Source: an uncultured Bdellovibrionales bacterium (GTDB lineage Bacteria > Patescibacteriota > Minisyncoccia > Moranbacterales > GWC2-37-73). Taken from it: a DNA stretch of 64,000 nucleotides. Numbering within the stretch: position 1 is the first letter of the stretch; each line of letters begins with the position of its first letter. The position numbers and the translations under genes are program-made. The DNA lies in the NCBI GenBank assembly GCA_964484505.1, contig CAZAFB010000001.1, positions 9,974-73,973 on the forward strand, given 5' to 3'. This document shows, piece by piece, positions 36,164 to 46,337 of the stretch. Below the pieces are notes generated by a model, which was not told the DNA's origin, ran no database searches, and saw nothing but the letters and a program-made list of their open reading frames with translations.

Positions 36164-36202
36164 TTGATGATGCTGGTCAATGCGGCCGCATTGTCGATGT
36201 AT
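36164..36202. repeat. 39-bp direct repeat, right copy
   Basis: Encodes a relic alternative C-terminus (LMMLVNAAALSMYLKEGKKQ) of the flippase-like gene. Confidence 0.8.
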
Positions 36203-36238
36203 TTGAAAGAAGGGAAAAAACAGTGAATTTCGATTGAT

Positions 36239-38062
36239 TTACAAAGCTTGCTGCTCGGGCAGTGAGTTTTTATATACCCTGATGTAATTTTGGGGGCGGT
36301 CAAGAATATCCATGCTCCAAGCAGGATTTTGTCCGTTTTTTTCAAACTGTTCTACCAGGGCGTCATACATCTTGGTTTGCCCGCGTTTGGTTATAACATA
36401 GTAGTCAATAGGATATTTTTCGTGGTCGAATCGGTTTTTAATAATGCACTTGCCGACAAAAAACTCACATGTGCCGCGGAAATCCGCCCAAACGGTAACA
36501 TTTTTGGCATCGGGAAGGGAATTGAGGAATTGAGCTGCTTGATAACCACCAAAACCCCAAGAATTGTTAGCAGGATATTGTTTGGGTAATAGCGGGGAGG
36601 CATAGGAATAATAAAACGGTTTCGAATTCCAAAGAGGTAGGAATAAAAATATTATTATGACAAGCGACAAAAGCAGGTTGTTTCTGTTTTTGGTAAAGAT
36701 GGGCAACCTGGATATTTCCGATAAACCTATGCCTGCAAGCAATGCGGCCACAGGAAAGAGAAATATTTCATAACGTGGTGTCAGCAGCACCCCTTCAAAA
36801 ATACCTCCAAAGAAAACCATCAAAATAAACAGAGTGAGGGAAATTTTTTCCAGCAATAAATCATCGGAAAATTTAAGAATTAATTTTAGCAGAGAAAAAA
36901 GCATCAGGAGCAATACGATCGGCGTAAGTGTGAAGACGAAAGGATATGTTTGCAAAAACAGTTTCGATAACGGAGGTTGGCTGGAGAAAATGGCATCATC
37001 TCTTGAATCTATGGGAACGCCGGACAGGTCGATTATGCCGTTGTGGGTGAGCCAATTCGATATCGTTAGCAGCAGCAATGATGAAAACAAAAGAATAAAT
37101 ATTTTTATTAAGGCCTTCTTATGTTTTTTCAGCGCGTTAACCGCGGAAGAGGTAATTTTACCGCTGTTGAAATGTGCATCTGCAAAAAGAAAAAGCAATA
37201 TTGCTCCCATAGGTAGCAGGAATGGTTTAAGTCCCGCAAAACCCAGGGTTCCTTTGTATAACAATTTTGTTTTTAGCAGGGCTGCCGGCATTAGGATCGC
37301 AAAAGTGGCAGTTGCTCCAGCTGCTATGAATATAAAATCAAGCACTCTCTTTTTCAAGTAATTGCTAAAATCAGTTTTGTGTTTGGCGATGAAATCATGA
37401 TTAAGAAAAATATCCAAAATTATGACGCTGAAATAAAACAAAAAGAGAATGTTGGCGACATATTTTGTCAGCAGGGAAAGTCCTGTAAAAAATGTTGTGA
37501 GCAATATCAATTTCCAAGAACGTTTTTTGATGTAGGCAAGATAGGTGAAGATTGCCGCTGCCGCAAAAGTCCACAAAAGCGAATCCGGGTTTACGATACG
37601 CGAGATTCCCAAAAGTATCGGTGACAGAACAATAAAAGCCGTTGCCCAAAGCGCGTCCTTGCCGTTTTTGAATATTTTACGCAGTATCCAAAAGAAATAT
37701 ATCGCGAAAAAACCGTTGAATAAAAAAACAGGAAGTCGATAAGTGGCGTATAGTTTTTCCGTTTTTTCCGCATGAAACGCGCTGAAAGTTTTGTCCGACT
37801 TGTCCATGTGACTTTTCGGTTGCGATTGAACAAGAAATGCCGGTAAATCAACCAAAGCCAAAGATACTCCCGGCTTATCGTTTATCGCCGTGTCCTTGAG
37901 AGTATTTGTTTTCAACGCTTGCCAATATTGGGGGATGCGCGTGTATATCCAATATTGTTCATCGGTGGTTACCGATTTGGTGAAGTGGAATGCGCCAAAA
38001 GCGAAATAAACAAACAGGATCAAAAACAGAAATATTTTTTCTAGATGTTTTTGTGCGATCAT
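36239..38062 (-). CDS. GT-C-fold membrane glycosyltransferase (GT39/GT83 PMT/ArnT-like), paralogue 1
   Basis: More than 10 TM helices; first-loop DE motif (TTDEQYW) and a shared ...DKPGV... motif. Confidence 0.65.
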   Translation of the reverse strand: MIAQKHLEKIFLFLILFVYFAFGAFHFTKSVTTDEQYWIYTRIPQYWQALKTNTLKDTAINDKPGVSLALVDLPAFLVQSQPKSHMDKSDKTFSAFHAEKTEKLYATYRLPVFLFNGFFAIYFFWILRKIFKNGKDALWATAFIVLSPILLGISRIVNPDSLLWTFAAAAIFTYLAYIKKRSWKLILLTTFFTGLSLLTKYVANILFLFYFSVIILDIFLNHDFIAKHKTDFSNYLKKRVLDFIFIAAGATATFAILMPAALLKTKLLYKGTLGFAGLKPFLLPMGAILLFLFADAHFNSGKITSSAVNALKKHKKALIKIFILLFSSLLLLTISNWLTHNGIIDLSGVPIDSRDDAIFSSQPPLSKLFLQTYPFVFTLTPIVLLLMLFSLLKLILKFSDDLLLEKISLTLFILMVFFGGIFEGVLLTPRYEIFLFPVAALLAGIGLSEISRLPIFTKNRNNLLLSLVIIIFLFLPLWNSKPFYYSYASPLLPKQYPANNSWGFGGYQAAQFLNSLPDAKNVTVWADFRGTCEFFVGKCIIKNRFDHEKYPIDYYVITKRGQTKMYDALVEQFEKNGQNPAWSMDILDRPQNYIRVYKNSLPEQQAL

Positions 38063-38079
38063 ATTTGAAAAAAATAATT

Positions 38080-40332
38080 TTATTTGGCTTCAAAGACCCT
38101 CACATATTGTCCCGGTCTTCCGTTGATTTCCAAATCAAACACGATATTTTCTTGCTGGTCGTAATATTTCCAAAATTGCAGTTTAGGATTGCTGTTGAGT
38201 TTTATTCGATTCTTGCTGATAGTGGTGGTGCGGCTATCTCTGCCGGAAGAAACAACCACATAGCTGATGTCGGCATTTTCAAGCTCGGCAAAAGAAAACC
38301 CGTCGAAACAACGCCCGACAAAAAAAGTGCAAACCCCTCTTTTATCGGTCCATATGGAAATGTTTTCAGCATCGGGAATGGTATTGAGAAATTGCGCGGC
38401 TTCATATGAACCCGTGCCCATGTCCTTAACGTCGATTATATATTGCGAGGGCAATAACTTGGAAGCATAGGCCAGATAAAAAGGTTTGTTATCTTGCAAA
38501 ACATATATTCCTGATATTGCAACAGCGGTCCATAATATCCAAAAAGAGTGACGTAACCTAAGCTTCGAAAGCAAAAAATCAAAACCGATCGCGGCCATTA
38601 TGAGAATAATAGGAAAAAGTATAATTTGATAACGTACGGGAGAGGCGACATTATTCACGGTTGTGCCAAGATAATAGAGCAAGACAAACAAAGAACAATA
38701 AATGATTGTCTTGAGGTGATTTTCTTGGGCAGCCGGCGTTTTTTTGCGTATCACTTCTATGATTGCATATAGCGAGGCAAATAGCGCCAAGGGCATGGTT
38801 GCAAAGATCAGTGGATAAAAATTAGCCAAAAATATTCCTATCATCTTGCTGCTTAGGTAGGAACTTTTTGGAGAAGAGAGAATTTGCTCAAAGTCAAAGG
38901 GATGCATGCCGCCATAGACATTGATAAAAGTGAAGATGATGGAAATTGATATGGCAATCAAAATTATCGAAGTTATAATTTGCTTTCTTTTTCTTAGAAA
39001 GAGCATTATCGGTCCGAGTATCTTGTTTTTGAGAAAGAGAGTATCAATAAGAAGCAGGGCGATGATGCCGATGAAGATAGGAGCAGTAGAAACGAAGGCT
39101 TGGCTTAGAAGAGTTCCTTTGAATAGTTTTTCAGGACGTACCCAAGTTGCCGGATAAAACGCATAGAAAGTAATCAAAGAAATAATTGTCACCGAAGCGA
39201 AATCAAGCAAGGCTCTTCTGAAATAAGCGGAAATATTCACAAAATCTTCTTTTTTGGAAAAGAAATATTCAAAAAAGACAAGACCGAAAAAGAATACGTA
39301 AATAATATTAGCAACATATTTGGTAAGCAGGGCCAACCCAAGTGATATTCCGGCAGCGAAAAGCATGGCACGATGGCGTTTTTTGAGATAGGCAAGGTAG
39401 GAGAAAAGAGCAAGCGAGCCAAAAGTCCAAAGCAAGCCATCAGGATTGATGAGTCGGGATATACCCAGAATGGGCGGTGAAAAGCCGATTAAGGCTATTG
39501 CAAAAAGGGTAACTTTTTTCCCCACGAATTGTTCCAGGACAATATATAGAAAAAAGAGCGTTAAAATGGAAAAAATAAGCAATGGCAAACGCAGAGCTTT
39601 GTTCATAACGGAAACATCCAAATCGGATTTTCGTTTACCCGTGCTCTTATAAAGCATGGGGTTTACTTTCAAAAGGCCGATACCTGAAATTGCCGCTACG
39701 GTTACGCCCGGTTTATCGCTGACCGTTGTGTTTTTCCAATCTTTTTCGCCGATATTTTTCCAAAATCCGGGAATGCGATCAAATGTCCAAAGCGGCTCAT
39801 CGACTGCGGCAAAATTGCCAATTTGATATGAGCCGAAAAATCCGGAGATAAACACGATCAAAATCAGCGCGCCGATATAGTAATTTCCTTGCTTGCGAAG
39901 CCATCCCCGAAAAGATTTGCGGCTTAGGCGAAATGAATCGAATTTCACATATTTCAGTATCAGATAGAGTCCGAAAGCCGCGATGTAAGCTCCCGTGAAA
40001 AAAAAGAAAATCCCCTTGGCTTGCACATTTGAATGAGTTATAAAAAGCCCGATTATGAGGGATATTTCCATCGGAAGCAATGATAAATATAGTTTTTTTG
40101 TAACTGCGAATAAGGAAAAACGGTTAATGTTGAAAAAAGCAAGAATTCCCAAGATGACGGAAGTAAAAATAAAAAAAAGAAAGTTCAAGATATTGGATGC
40201 TTGCAAAAAAACAGGCAAAAAGTTTGTTGATTTTCTTTCGGTATAAAAATACACCACCAAACTCAAGCTTAAGGCAGCTAAAGTGAGCAGAACATTTTCA
40301 GCTGAACGAAAGAAGGCGAAAAAATTACGCAT
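38080..40332 (-). CDS. GT-C-fold membrane glycosyltransferase (GT39/GT83-like), paralogue 2
   Basis: AVDEPLWTFDRIPGFW...DKPGV; polytopic; C-terminal soluble domain. Confidence 0.65.
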   Translation of the reverse strand: MRNFFAFFRSAENVLLTLAALSLSLVVYFYTERKSTNFLPVFLQASNILNFLFFIFTSVILGILAFFNINRFSLFAVTKKLYLSLLPMEISLIIGLFITHSNVQAKGIFFFFTGAYIAAFGLYLILKYVKFDSFRLSRKSFRGWLRKQGNYYIGALILIVFISGFFGSYQIGNFAAVDEPLWTFDRIPGFWKNIGEKDWKNTTVSDKPGVTVAAISGIGLLKVNPMLYKSTGKRKSDLDVSVMNKALRLPLLIFSILTLFFLYIVLEQFVGKKVTLFAIALIGFSPPILGISRLINPDGLLWTFGSLALFSYLAYLKKRHRAMLFAAGISLGLALLTKYVANIIYVFFFGLVFFEYFFSKKEDFVNISAYFRRALLDFASVTIISLITFYAFYPATWVRPEKLFKGTLLSQAFVSTAPIFIGIIALLLIDTLFLKNKILGPIMLFLRKRKQIITSIILIAISISIIFTFINVYGGMHPFDFEQILSSPKSSYLSSKMIGIFLANFYPLIFATMPLALFASLYAIIEVIRKKTPAAQENHLKTIIYCSLFVLLYYLGTTVNNVASPVRYQIILFPIILIMAAIGFDFLLSKLRLRHSFWILWTAVAISGIYVLQDNKPFYLAYASKLLPSQYIIDVKDMGTGSYEAAQFLNTIPDAENISIWTDKRGVCTFFVGRCFDGFSFAELENADISYVVVSSGRDSRTTTISKNRIKLNSNPKLQFWKYYDQQENIVFDLEINGRPGQYVRVFEAK

Positions 40333-40421
40333 AAAGGATTGATTAATATGTCTTGTTAAGTTAAAATTATGAGTATAGAGAACGTTAAATATGGGTCAAT
40401 TCTAACAAAAAAAACCAATTT

Positions 40422-42236
40422 ATGGAAGCCGGACAATTTACCTCGAAAAAGATATTGATAAGCATATTGTTATTGTTTATTTTTGTCGGCATAGTTCTTC
40501 GCGCCTATAATTTCACGCCCTGGCTTCATTTTGAATTGGATCAGGCAAGGGATGCTAAGTTGGCCGATTTGGCCGTGGCGGAAGGTCCGGGAGAATTGCA
40601 ATTATTGGGGCCCAAAGCAGCCGGCACTTTTTTGCGCCTAGGGCCTATTTTTTATTATTTTCAATATTTGGGTGCTTTGATTTTCGGTGATACGCCGCAG
40701 GGAGTGGCATATCCTACTTTGTTTTTTGGCATTCTGACGATCCCGCTGGCTTATTTGTTTTTGCGCAGGTTTTTTAATATATCCACTTCTCTGGCGATTA
40801 TGGCAGTTGTTGCCTGTTCTCATCTTCTGGTGATGTATTCGCGTTTTGCTTGGAACCCTAATGCGATTCCGTTTTTCTTGTTGTTGACTTTTTATGCTTT
40901 GCTACGCTCAGTGGATATGCGCGAGAAGCATCGTGGCAGATGGTTTCTGATAGCGGCTGCTTCCGCAGCTGTTGCAACACAGCTCCACTTCCTTGTTTTT
41001 TTGTCATTGCCGGCAGCTATGGCATGTTTTCTTGTGATAAAAAGGCCGAAATTTTCTTGGAAGATATGGGGTGGGTCAATTCTGATAATTCTTTTCCTGT
41101 ATACTCCTGTAATTATCAACGATCTTAAAACGCATGGCGCAAACACCCAAGAATTTTTCAAGGCTATTACCAAAAAGTCTGAAAAGGCTGGCGGTGCATC
41201 GCACACCTTGGCTGATAAGGTAATTCGTTCATATATCGAAACTGCCAATGGCATTTCTCTTTTGGTGACTGGAAGAGAAAGCACTCAGATGCCTAAAATA
41301 GAGGTTTCTCGAAATATTGGATTTATTTCCATAACAAATAGAGGAGAGGGAACAAAGGATGTGCTTTTGGGGTGGCTGGCCTTGTTGGCCCTTTTGGTGA
41401 CTTTGATTTTGTTTGCGAGCAGGCTATCTTCCGAGCGGGAAAGGGCAAAAAAAGACATGCTGATTCTTGTCGGCATTTGGATTATCATATGTTTGGGACT
41501 TTTCGTGCCGCTTGCCTTTGATCTTTCGCCGCGTTTTTATTTGCTTCTGATGCCGTCGGCATTTTTCCTCCTGGCGCTTTTGATCGAGTTTATGGGAAAG
41601 CTTTTGCACTCAAAATATGTTTTTCTGATTTTTATTATTGCTGCATTGTGTTTGATGAACGTCTTTTATCTCAAAGATAGGTTTGATCAACTTTCCAAGG
41701 CCGACAAAGAGCAGATAGGTAACGTTACCGATCGTGTTTTGAAAGAACGCACCAGGGTTACGCTCGAACAGCAATATCAGATAGCTGAATATATCGAATC
41801 GATATATCGCACCAATAATCAGCCGCTGTATTTCAATAGCGAACCAGAATATCGTCGTGCGATACTTTATCATGTGGCAGAAAAAGGGATACCATATGAG
41901 GATCTTCGCACCACAAAAGTCTATCGCGAAGGAAATTATATATTGCTGTTTGTTACCAATGACAGCTTGGATAAAAAGGTTTCCAAATATGTCGATCGAT
42001 ATGATGTGATCGAAAAGAAATCTTTCGGCTCACTCACTCTGGTTCGGCTTTCGCCCAAAGAGGAAAAAATCGAAGCAGAAAAACAAATAGTCGAGCCGAA
42101 AAAAATAGAACGCAAAACATACGCTCCCGGTGTTCCCGTGCGCTATACCTGGAACGAAGTTTTCGAAGACCTTGGCGCCTCCAATGTTGATAATGCTGAT
42201 GATGAAGAAGGTGATAATGGAGACGGGGAACAGTAG
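40422..42236 (+). CDS. GT-C-fold membrane glycosyltransferase (ArnT/GT39-like), paralogue 3, with an acidic C-terminal tail
   Basis: Polytopic N-terminal half with an FELDQARD loop motif, a C-terminal soluble domain and a DNADDEEGDNGDGEQ tail. Confidence 0.55.
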   Translation: MEAGQFTSKKILISILLLFIFVGIVLRAYNFTPWLHFELDQARDAKLADLAVAEGPGELQLLGPKAAGTFLRLGPIFYYFQYLGALIFGDTPQGVAYPTLFFGILTIPLAYLFLRRFFNISTSLAIMAVVACSHLLVMYSRFAWNPNAIPFFLLLTFYALLRSVDMREKHRGRWFLIAAASAAVATQLHFLVFLSLPAAMACFLVIKRPKFSWKIWGGSILIILFLYTPVIINDLKTHGANTQEFFKAITKKSEKAGGASHTLADKVIRSYIETANGISLLVTGRESTQMPKIEVSRNIGFISITNRGEGTKDVLLGWLALLALLVTLILFASRLSSERERAKKDMLILVGIWIIICLGLFVPLAFDLSPRFYLLLMPSAFFLLALLIEFMGKLLHSKYVFLIFIIAALCLMNVFYLKDRFDQLSKADKEQIGNVTDRVLKERTRVTLEQQYQIAEYIESIYRTNNQPLYFNSEPEYRRAILYHVAEKGIPYEDLRTTKVYREGNYILLFVTNDSLDKKVSKYVDRYDVIEKKSFGSLTLVRLSPKEEKIEAEKQIVEPKKIERKTYAPGVPVRYTWNEVFEDLGASNVDNADDEEGDNGDGEQ

Positions 42237-42312
42237 CATGGCAGTGGGACTATTTTAATTCGTTGATATATAAATAACATTCTCACATTCTGCAGAATAC
42301 CAGAATGTTTTT

Positions 42313-43041
42313 TTGGTTAGAGCTCTTTGCATGAAGATGTATATGGAAGAATTTAATAATTTGCAAGCTGTGCTTTCGGAAAGGGCGGATGGTTCTATGC
42401 GTCTATTTTTTAATGAACCTATCGGTGAACAAAATGATGAAAATCGCGCAAGGTTTTTTGCAAAATGTGGGATTGAGCCCGGAAAAGTCGTGAGCGCTAG
42501 GCTGATTAATGGCACGAATGTAAAAATTATCAATGACCTGTCGCAAGCAAGAATTACAAACACGGATGGTTTGGTAACTGACAAAAAAGGAATTTTTCTT
42601 TCGCTCACGGTGGCTGATTGCATTCCGGTATATTTTTTTGATTCCCGAAAAGATATCATCGGCTTGGCGCATGCTGGTTGGCGGGGAATTGTAGGAGGAA
42701 TTATTGAAAATACAATTTCAAAAATGAAATCACTCGGCTCCGATCCAAGAGATATTTCCGTGCAGCTAGGACCGGGTATAAACGAATGTCATTTTGAAAT
42801 CAAAGAAGATATTTTGGATCAATTCAAAGGTTACGAGAAATTTATATTTAGGAAAAATGAAAAAATGTTCGTAGATCTCAAGGGAATCATATTAAAACAG
42901 CTCGAAAATGCTGGCATAAAAGTTGAAAATATCCAAAACGATCCCAATTGCACTTTTTGCTCTTCAAAATATTTCTCCTTTCGCCGTGACAAGCCACCAT
43001 TCACCGAAGCCATGATCGCAATAATCGGCATGCCAAATTGA
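42313..43041 (+). CDS. pgeF: Peptidoglycan editing factor PgeF / YfiH (DUF152 laccase-domain) protein
   Basis: TDGLVTDKKGIFLSLTVADCIPVYFFD...GLAHAGWRG, plus the C-terminal CxxC. Start may be 42337 or 42343. Confidence 0.7.
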   Translation: MVRALCMKMYMEEFNNLQAVLSERADGSMRLFFNEPIGEQNDENRARFFAKCGIEPGKVVSARLINGTNVKIINDLSQARITNTDGLVTDKKGIFLSLTVADCIPVYFFDSRKDIIGLAHAGWRGIVGGIIENTISKMKSLGSDPRDISVQLGPGINECHFEIKEDILDQFKGYEKFIFRKNEKMFVDLKGIILKQLENAGIKVENIQNDPNCTFCSSKYFSFRRDKPPFTEAMIAIIGMPN

Positions 43042-43107
43042 AAAAGCTGACAGTTCGAAAAGTGTATGCGCTTTGATATAATCTGTAAAGGTTGTATAAT
43101 TTGCTTA

Positions 43108-44550
43108 ATGGAAATAGTTACAAAGAGTAGAAGAAGGTTGGCTAAAAAACTGGCATTTTTTCTTGCCGGAGCCTTTGTAATGTCCGGTTTGGTTTTTGGG
43201 GAAGTTGTTGATGTAATGGCTGAAACATATTCCATATATGTCGACGCTGGCGCTGATGATGACGGTGATGGCAGCAAAGAAAAGCCCTTCAAAGAAGTGA
43301 AAGATGCCGTTGAAGAATCGAAAAGTGGCGATAATATATACATCTACGCAGGCACGTATGATGGAAGTTTCAAAATACCCGCATCAGTCGGTCTTTTTGG
43401 ACAAAGTCGGGATAAGGTGAAAATAAAAGGAACGGTTACTGCCGCAAACGGCTCATCTGTCAAAGACTTAACAATCTCCGGTGGGGCGGCGGCTCTGACT
43501 GTCGAATCCGGTGCAACGGTCAGTGTGAAAAAGTGCATTATTCGCGATGCAACGAAAACTGGCATTGATGTCCAGCCTGGTAACGGCAAACTGACGGTTG
43601 AAAATACAAAGATAACGAACAACAACAAAGGCATCTATGCACAAAAGGGAAATCAATTAAAGGTTTCCGGTTCAACGATAACAAAAAACAAGGAAGAGGG
43701 AATAGATATTAGAAACAAGGTTGACGGATCGATTACGGGTAATGAAATTTCCAACAACGGAGAATCTGGCATTGAAATTATCCTTGGCAGCAGTGATATG
43801 AATATTGTCAACAACGCCATAAATAGTAACTCGGCCAGCGGAATCGCAGCCCAGTTCTATGCGGATTTCAGCAAAAAAGGAAAAGTTAAAGTTGATGACA
43901 ACAAGATAAAGAACAATAACCATTATGGGATAAAATGTGGCGCTCCCAGCGGGGGAAACGAGACTAAAAGGTATTGGGAAAAATCGCTGAATCTTAATGG
44001 AAATGTTTTTGGCGGAAATGATGAAGGGGATATTGCCGGCAGGTGCAGGATAACTCTTGATGATGAAAGTGATGAAAAAGTGAAGGAAAATGCTGCTGCT
44101 GCCGAGGAAAAAGAAAAAACTGAACCTATCGATAAAGCCGATCTGTCCGAGGAAGATGCGGAAGCAATAGTTCAGGCGGAGAGGGAATTTGTAGAATCGA
44201 TGCGAAATGAAGCCGGTTTGTTGCAACAAGAAATCATTTACAACCAAGAGGAAATAAATAAAAACAAATCTAATTTAGAAAAGAGGTATTCTTTTTTCTA
44301 TCTTATTTTCGGACCAAATCAGGAGGTTGTGAGTGAATCGGAAAGCAATCTCTTGATTTATGGGGAAAAACTTTCGCGTTTGCGTGAAATTTATTCCGAA
44401 ATTTCGGACGAAAATCTGAAAAATGAATTGAATTCTGCAATAGCTTCTTTCGAGGGGGATATTTTAGAAAAAGAAAATACCATAAATAACGCAAAAAATT
44501 CTTTGGGTTTCTGGTACCGTCTGAAAAATATGTTCGAATTTAGTTTCTGA
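43108..44550 (+). CDS. Secreted right-handed parallel beta-helix repeat protein with a C-terminal coiled coil
   Basis: Repeated ...N.ISNN...GI.I... PbH1-like repeats after a signal anchor. Confidence 0.6.
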   Translation: MEIVTKSRRRLAKKLAFFLAGAFVMSGLVFGEVVDVMAETYSIYVDAGADDDGDGSKEKPFKEVKDAVEESKSGDNIYIYAGTYDGSFKIPASVGLFGQSRDKVKIKGTVTAANGSSVKDLTISGGAAALTVESGATVSVKKCIIRDATKTGIDVQPGNGKLTVENTKITNNNKGIYAQKGNQLKVSGSTITKNKEEGIDIRNKVDGSITGNEISNNGESGIEIILGSSDMNIVNNAINSNSASGIAAQFYADFSKKGKVKVDDNKIKNNNHYGIKCGAPSGGNETKRYWEKSLNLNGNVFGGNDEGDIAGRCRITLDDESDEKVKENAAAAEEKEKTEPIDKADLSEEDAEAIVQAEREFVESMRNEAGLLQQEIIYNQEEINKNKSNLEKRYSFFYLIFGPNQEVVSESESNLLIYGEKLSRLREIYSEISDENLKNELNSAIASFEGDILEKENTINNAKNSLGFWYRLKNMFEFSF

Positions 44551-44587
44551 TATTTTTTGTTTCTTCTTGCAAAAATATGAAAATTAA

Positions 44588-44624
44588 AAAACCGAGGAAG
44601 GGACTTTGCCTGCCTCGGTTTTTG
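44588..44624. terminator. Bidirectional rho-independent terminator
   Basis: aaaaaaccgagg...cctcggttttt. Confidence 0.6.
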
Positions 44625-44951
44625 TCAGAGTATTTCTTCCTCCGCTTTCTTTTTGGTTAAAAAATATCTGAACCAAAAAGCATTCCCAAATTCGAAAAGA
44701 GTCTCCGCAAAAAAATAGGTAGTCAAAATGACCAAAAAATCACCAAGAGACAAGTCATTAAAGTTCTTGACAGAGACCTCCAAAACTATCATGCAAATAG
44801 TTGCTACCAAAAGCACAATAAAGAGAAGTCTCTTTCGCTCTTTTTTATTCATACTGGCGTGTCCCAGGGCAATAACATAGCTCAGACAGACGCACATTAT
44901 GAACAATAATATGCAAGTACCCACCAATTCCGAATTTATTTCTAGAAGCAT
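44625..44951 (-). CDS. Small membrane protein, hypothetical
   Basis: 108 aa with three TM helices. Confidence 0.4.
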   Translation of the reverse strand: MLLEINSELVGTCILLFIMCVCLSYVIALGHASMNKKERKRLLFIVLLVATICMIVLEVSVKNFNDLSLGDFLVILTTYFFAETLFEFGNAFWFRYFLTKKKAEEEIL

Positions 44952-45131
44952 TTGATACCTCCAATTGTTAATTTACTGCATCGATTATTATTAACACATT
45001 TTTGCTTTTTAGTAAAGAGTGTTGCGGGGCATATTTTGATAAGTTGACTTTTTCTTCAAAAAGTGATATAATTGAAGAACGGTGGGAAGTAAAATCATTC
45101 AAATCTGTTCCTTGAAAGGGGGGCGAATAAG

Positions 45132-45311
45132 ATGACATGGGAAGAATTAGAATTTTGGTCTAAAAAGGGATTTTTCGTTCCATGGTCGGCTTTTGCTGTT
45201 GGAAAAGCCGAAAACATCAAACCGGCAAAAAAGGAAGTGGTCACCTATGACTCGGAATTGTTTCCGGTCGTGAAGGCGGCCATGAAAAGTAGCTTCTTTG
45301 TTATTCTTTGA
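45132..45311 (+). CDS. Hypothetical 59-aa protein (below the ORF-track length cutoff)
   Basis: AAAGGGGGG RBS about 9 nt upstream of the ATG. MTWEELEFWSKKGFFVPWSAFAVGKAENIKPAKKEVVTYDSELFPVVKAAMKSSFFVIL. Confidence 0.3.
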   Translation: MTWEELEFWSKKGFFVPWSAFAVGKAENIKPAKKEVVTYDSELFPVVKAAMKSSFFVIL

Positions 45312-45460
45312 TATTGATGACGGACGTGAAAACGCCCGTTTATTTTTTGAAAGAAAATTATTTCTAAGCAGTATTTAAAGGCAACAGCTCTTTTTAAAAT
45401 GAAACTCATTGACTCAACGAGTCAAATTCAGCCCGGACGATCATGGCCCTGCGAAATATC

Positions 45461-45475
45461 TGTGAAATCTTTCAC
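45461..45475. promoter_or_regulatory. CRP/FNR-type or Rex-like inverted repeat TGTGAAATCTTTCAC
   Basis: TGTGA-N6-TCAC(T), about 155 bp upstream of the 45631 gene. A second palindrome TTGACTC-aac-GAGTCAA lies at 45409-45425. Confidence 0.3.
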
Positions 45476-45630
45476 TCATATCTTGCCGCCATGTATCGCT
45501 CCGGGCTTTACAATAGTTGGCTTGCCAATTAAACTTTTATATGCTAATTTACTTATCCAAAGGTTTGTAACGGTTGGGTAGAAACTTAACAATATTGCAG
45601 CATATTTCAATGAGAGAGGAGGAATTTTGT

Positions 45631-46257
45631 ATGAAAGATGTCTTGAAACACACTGGCCTCTATCCTGTGTTTGCGGAAAATTATGTGCGAAGCTCTGAAT
45701 GGGGATATCCCATTCCCATTCCTATCGGCTATCTCGGTTCCAGAAGAAATGAAATAAGAAAGCGCTATGACGAAAATATTGGAGAAGGAAACTGGCGCGT
45801 GGTTTGGGGTGATAAGCAAAGCAAGAAAATATATGATTTTTACCGCATGTGCGAATACTATCGACGTTCATATTTCGAATTTCTAAAAGAAAGACCTGAT
45901 ATTCTGGAATTTCTCCAACTAAATTGCGCCAACGTTTGCACGTGGGATGATTCGGACCGTTTTGCTGGTTGTAACTATCTGGATCAAAACGGCGAAAAAA
46001 CGCAGCTTCTGGCAATCACCATTAGAAACGTGATGGTTGACCTGAAACTGGAATTCTACGGCCAAGGCATTATCTACTTGATGGGCTCCAGGATGTCTCA
46101 CGAAATATGCAAGGAGTTGCATCCCAAGAAAGTCCCTTTTTGCAAGCCGGAGATGATCTTCTTTCCTCATTATGAGGAAATTGAAAAAGAGCCTTTTTCG
46201 GTCGAAGATTTCTATCAAAACAACCGTTTCTTGCAGATAAGGCGCAGGAAACATTGA
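45631..46257 (+). CDS. Hypothetical Cys-containing cytoplasmic protein
   Basis: GGAGGA RBS at 45617-45622, then the ATG at 45631. No recognisable domain. Confidence 0.5.
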   Translation: MKDVLKHTGLYPVFAENYVRSSEWGYPIPIPIGYLGSRRNEIRKRYDENIGEGNWRVVWGDKQSKKIYDFYRMCEYYRRSYFEFLKERPDILEFLQLNCANVCTWDDSDRFAGCNYLDQNGEKTQLLAITIRNVMVDLKLEFYGQGIIYLMGSRMSHEICKELHPKKVPFCKPEMIFFPHYEEIEKEPFSVEDFYQNNRFLQIRRRKH

Positions 46258-46270
46258 TATGAAAAAATAT

Positions 46271-46307
46271 AAAAACGGTGTGAGTAATATTCTCGCGCCG
46301 TTTTCTT
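46271..46307 (+). terminator. Rho-independent terminator
   Basis: acggtgtgag / ctcgcgccgt stem (two G-U pairs) followed by tttctt. Confidence 0.5.
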
Positions 46308-46337
46308 ATTTCATTCGAGACATGGTATAATTTAAAA

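Noticed and set aside
36151-36345. Minus-strand 64-aa ORF spanning the right direct repeat
   Set aside because: It overlaps the 3' end of the GT-C gene (36239-38062) and the repeat. It is best explained as read-through of the repeat relic, not a gene.
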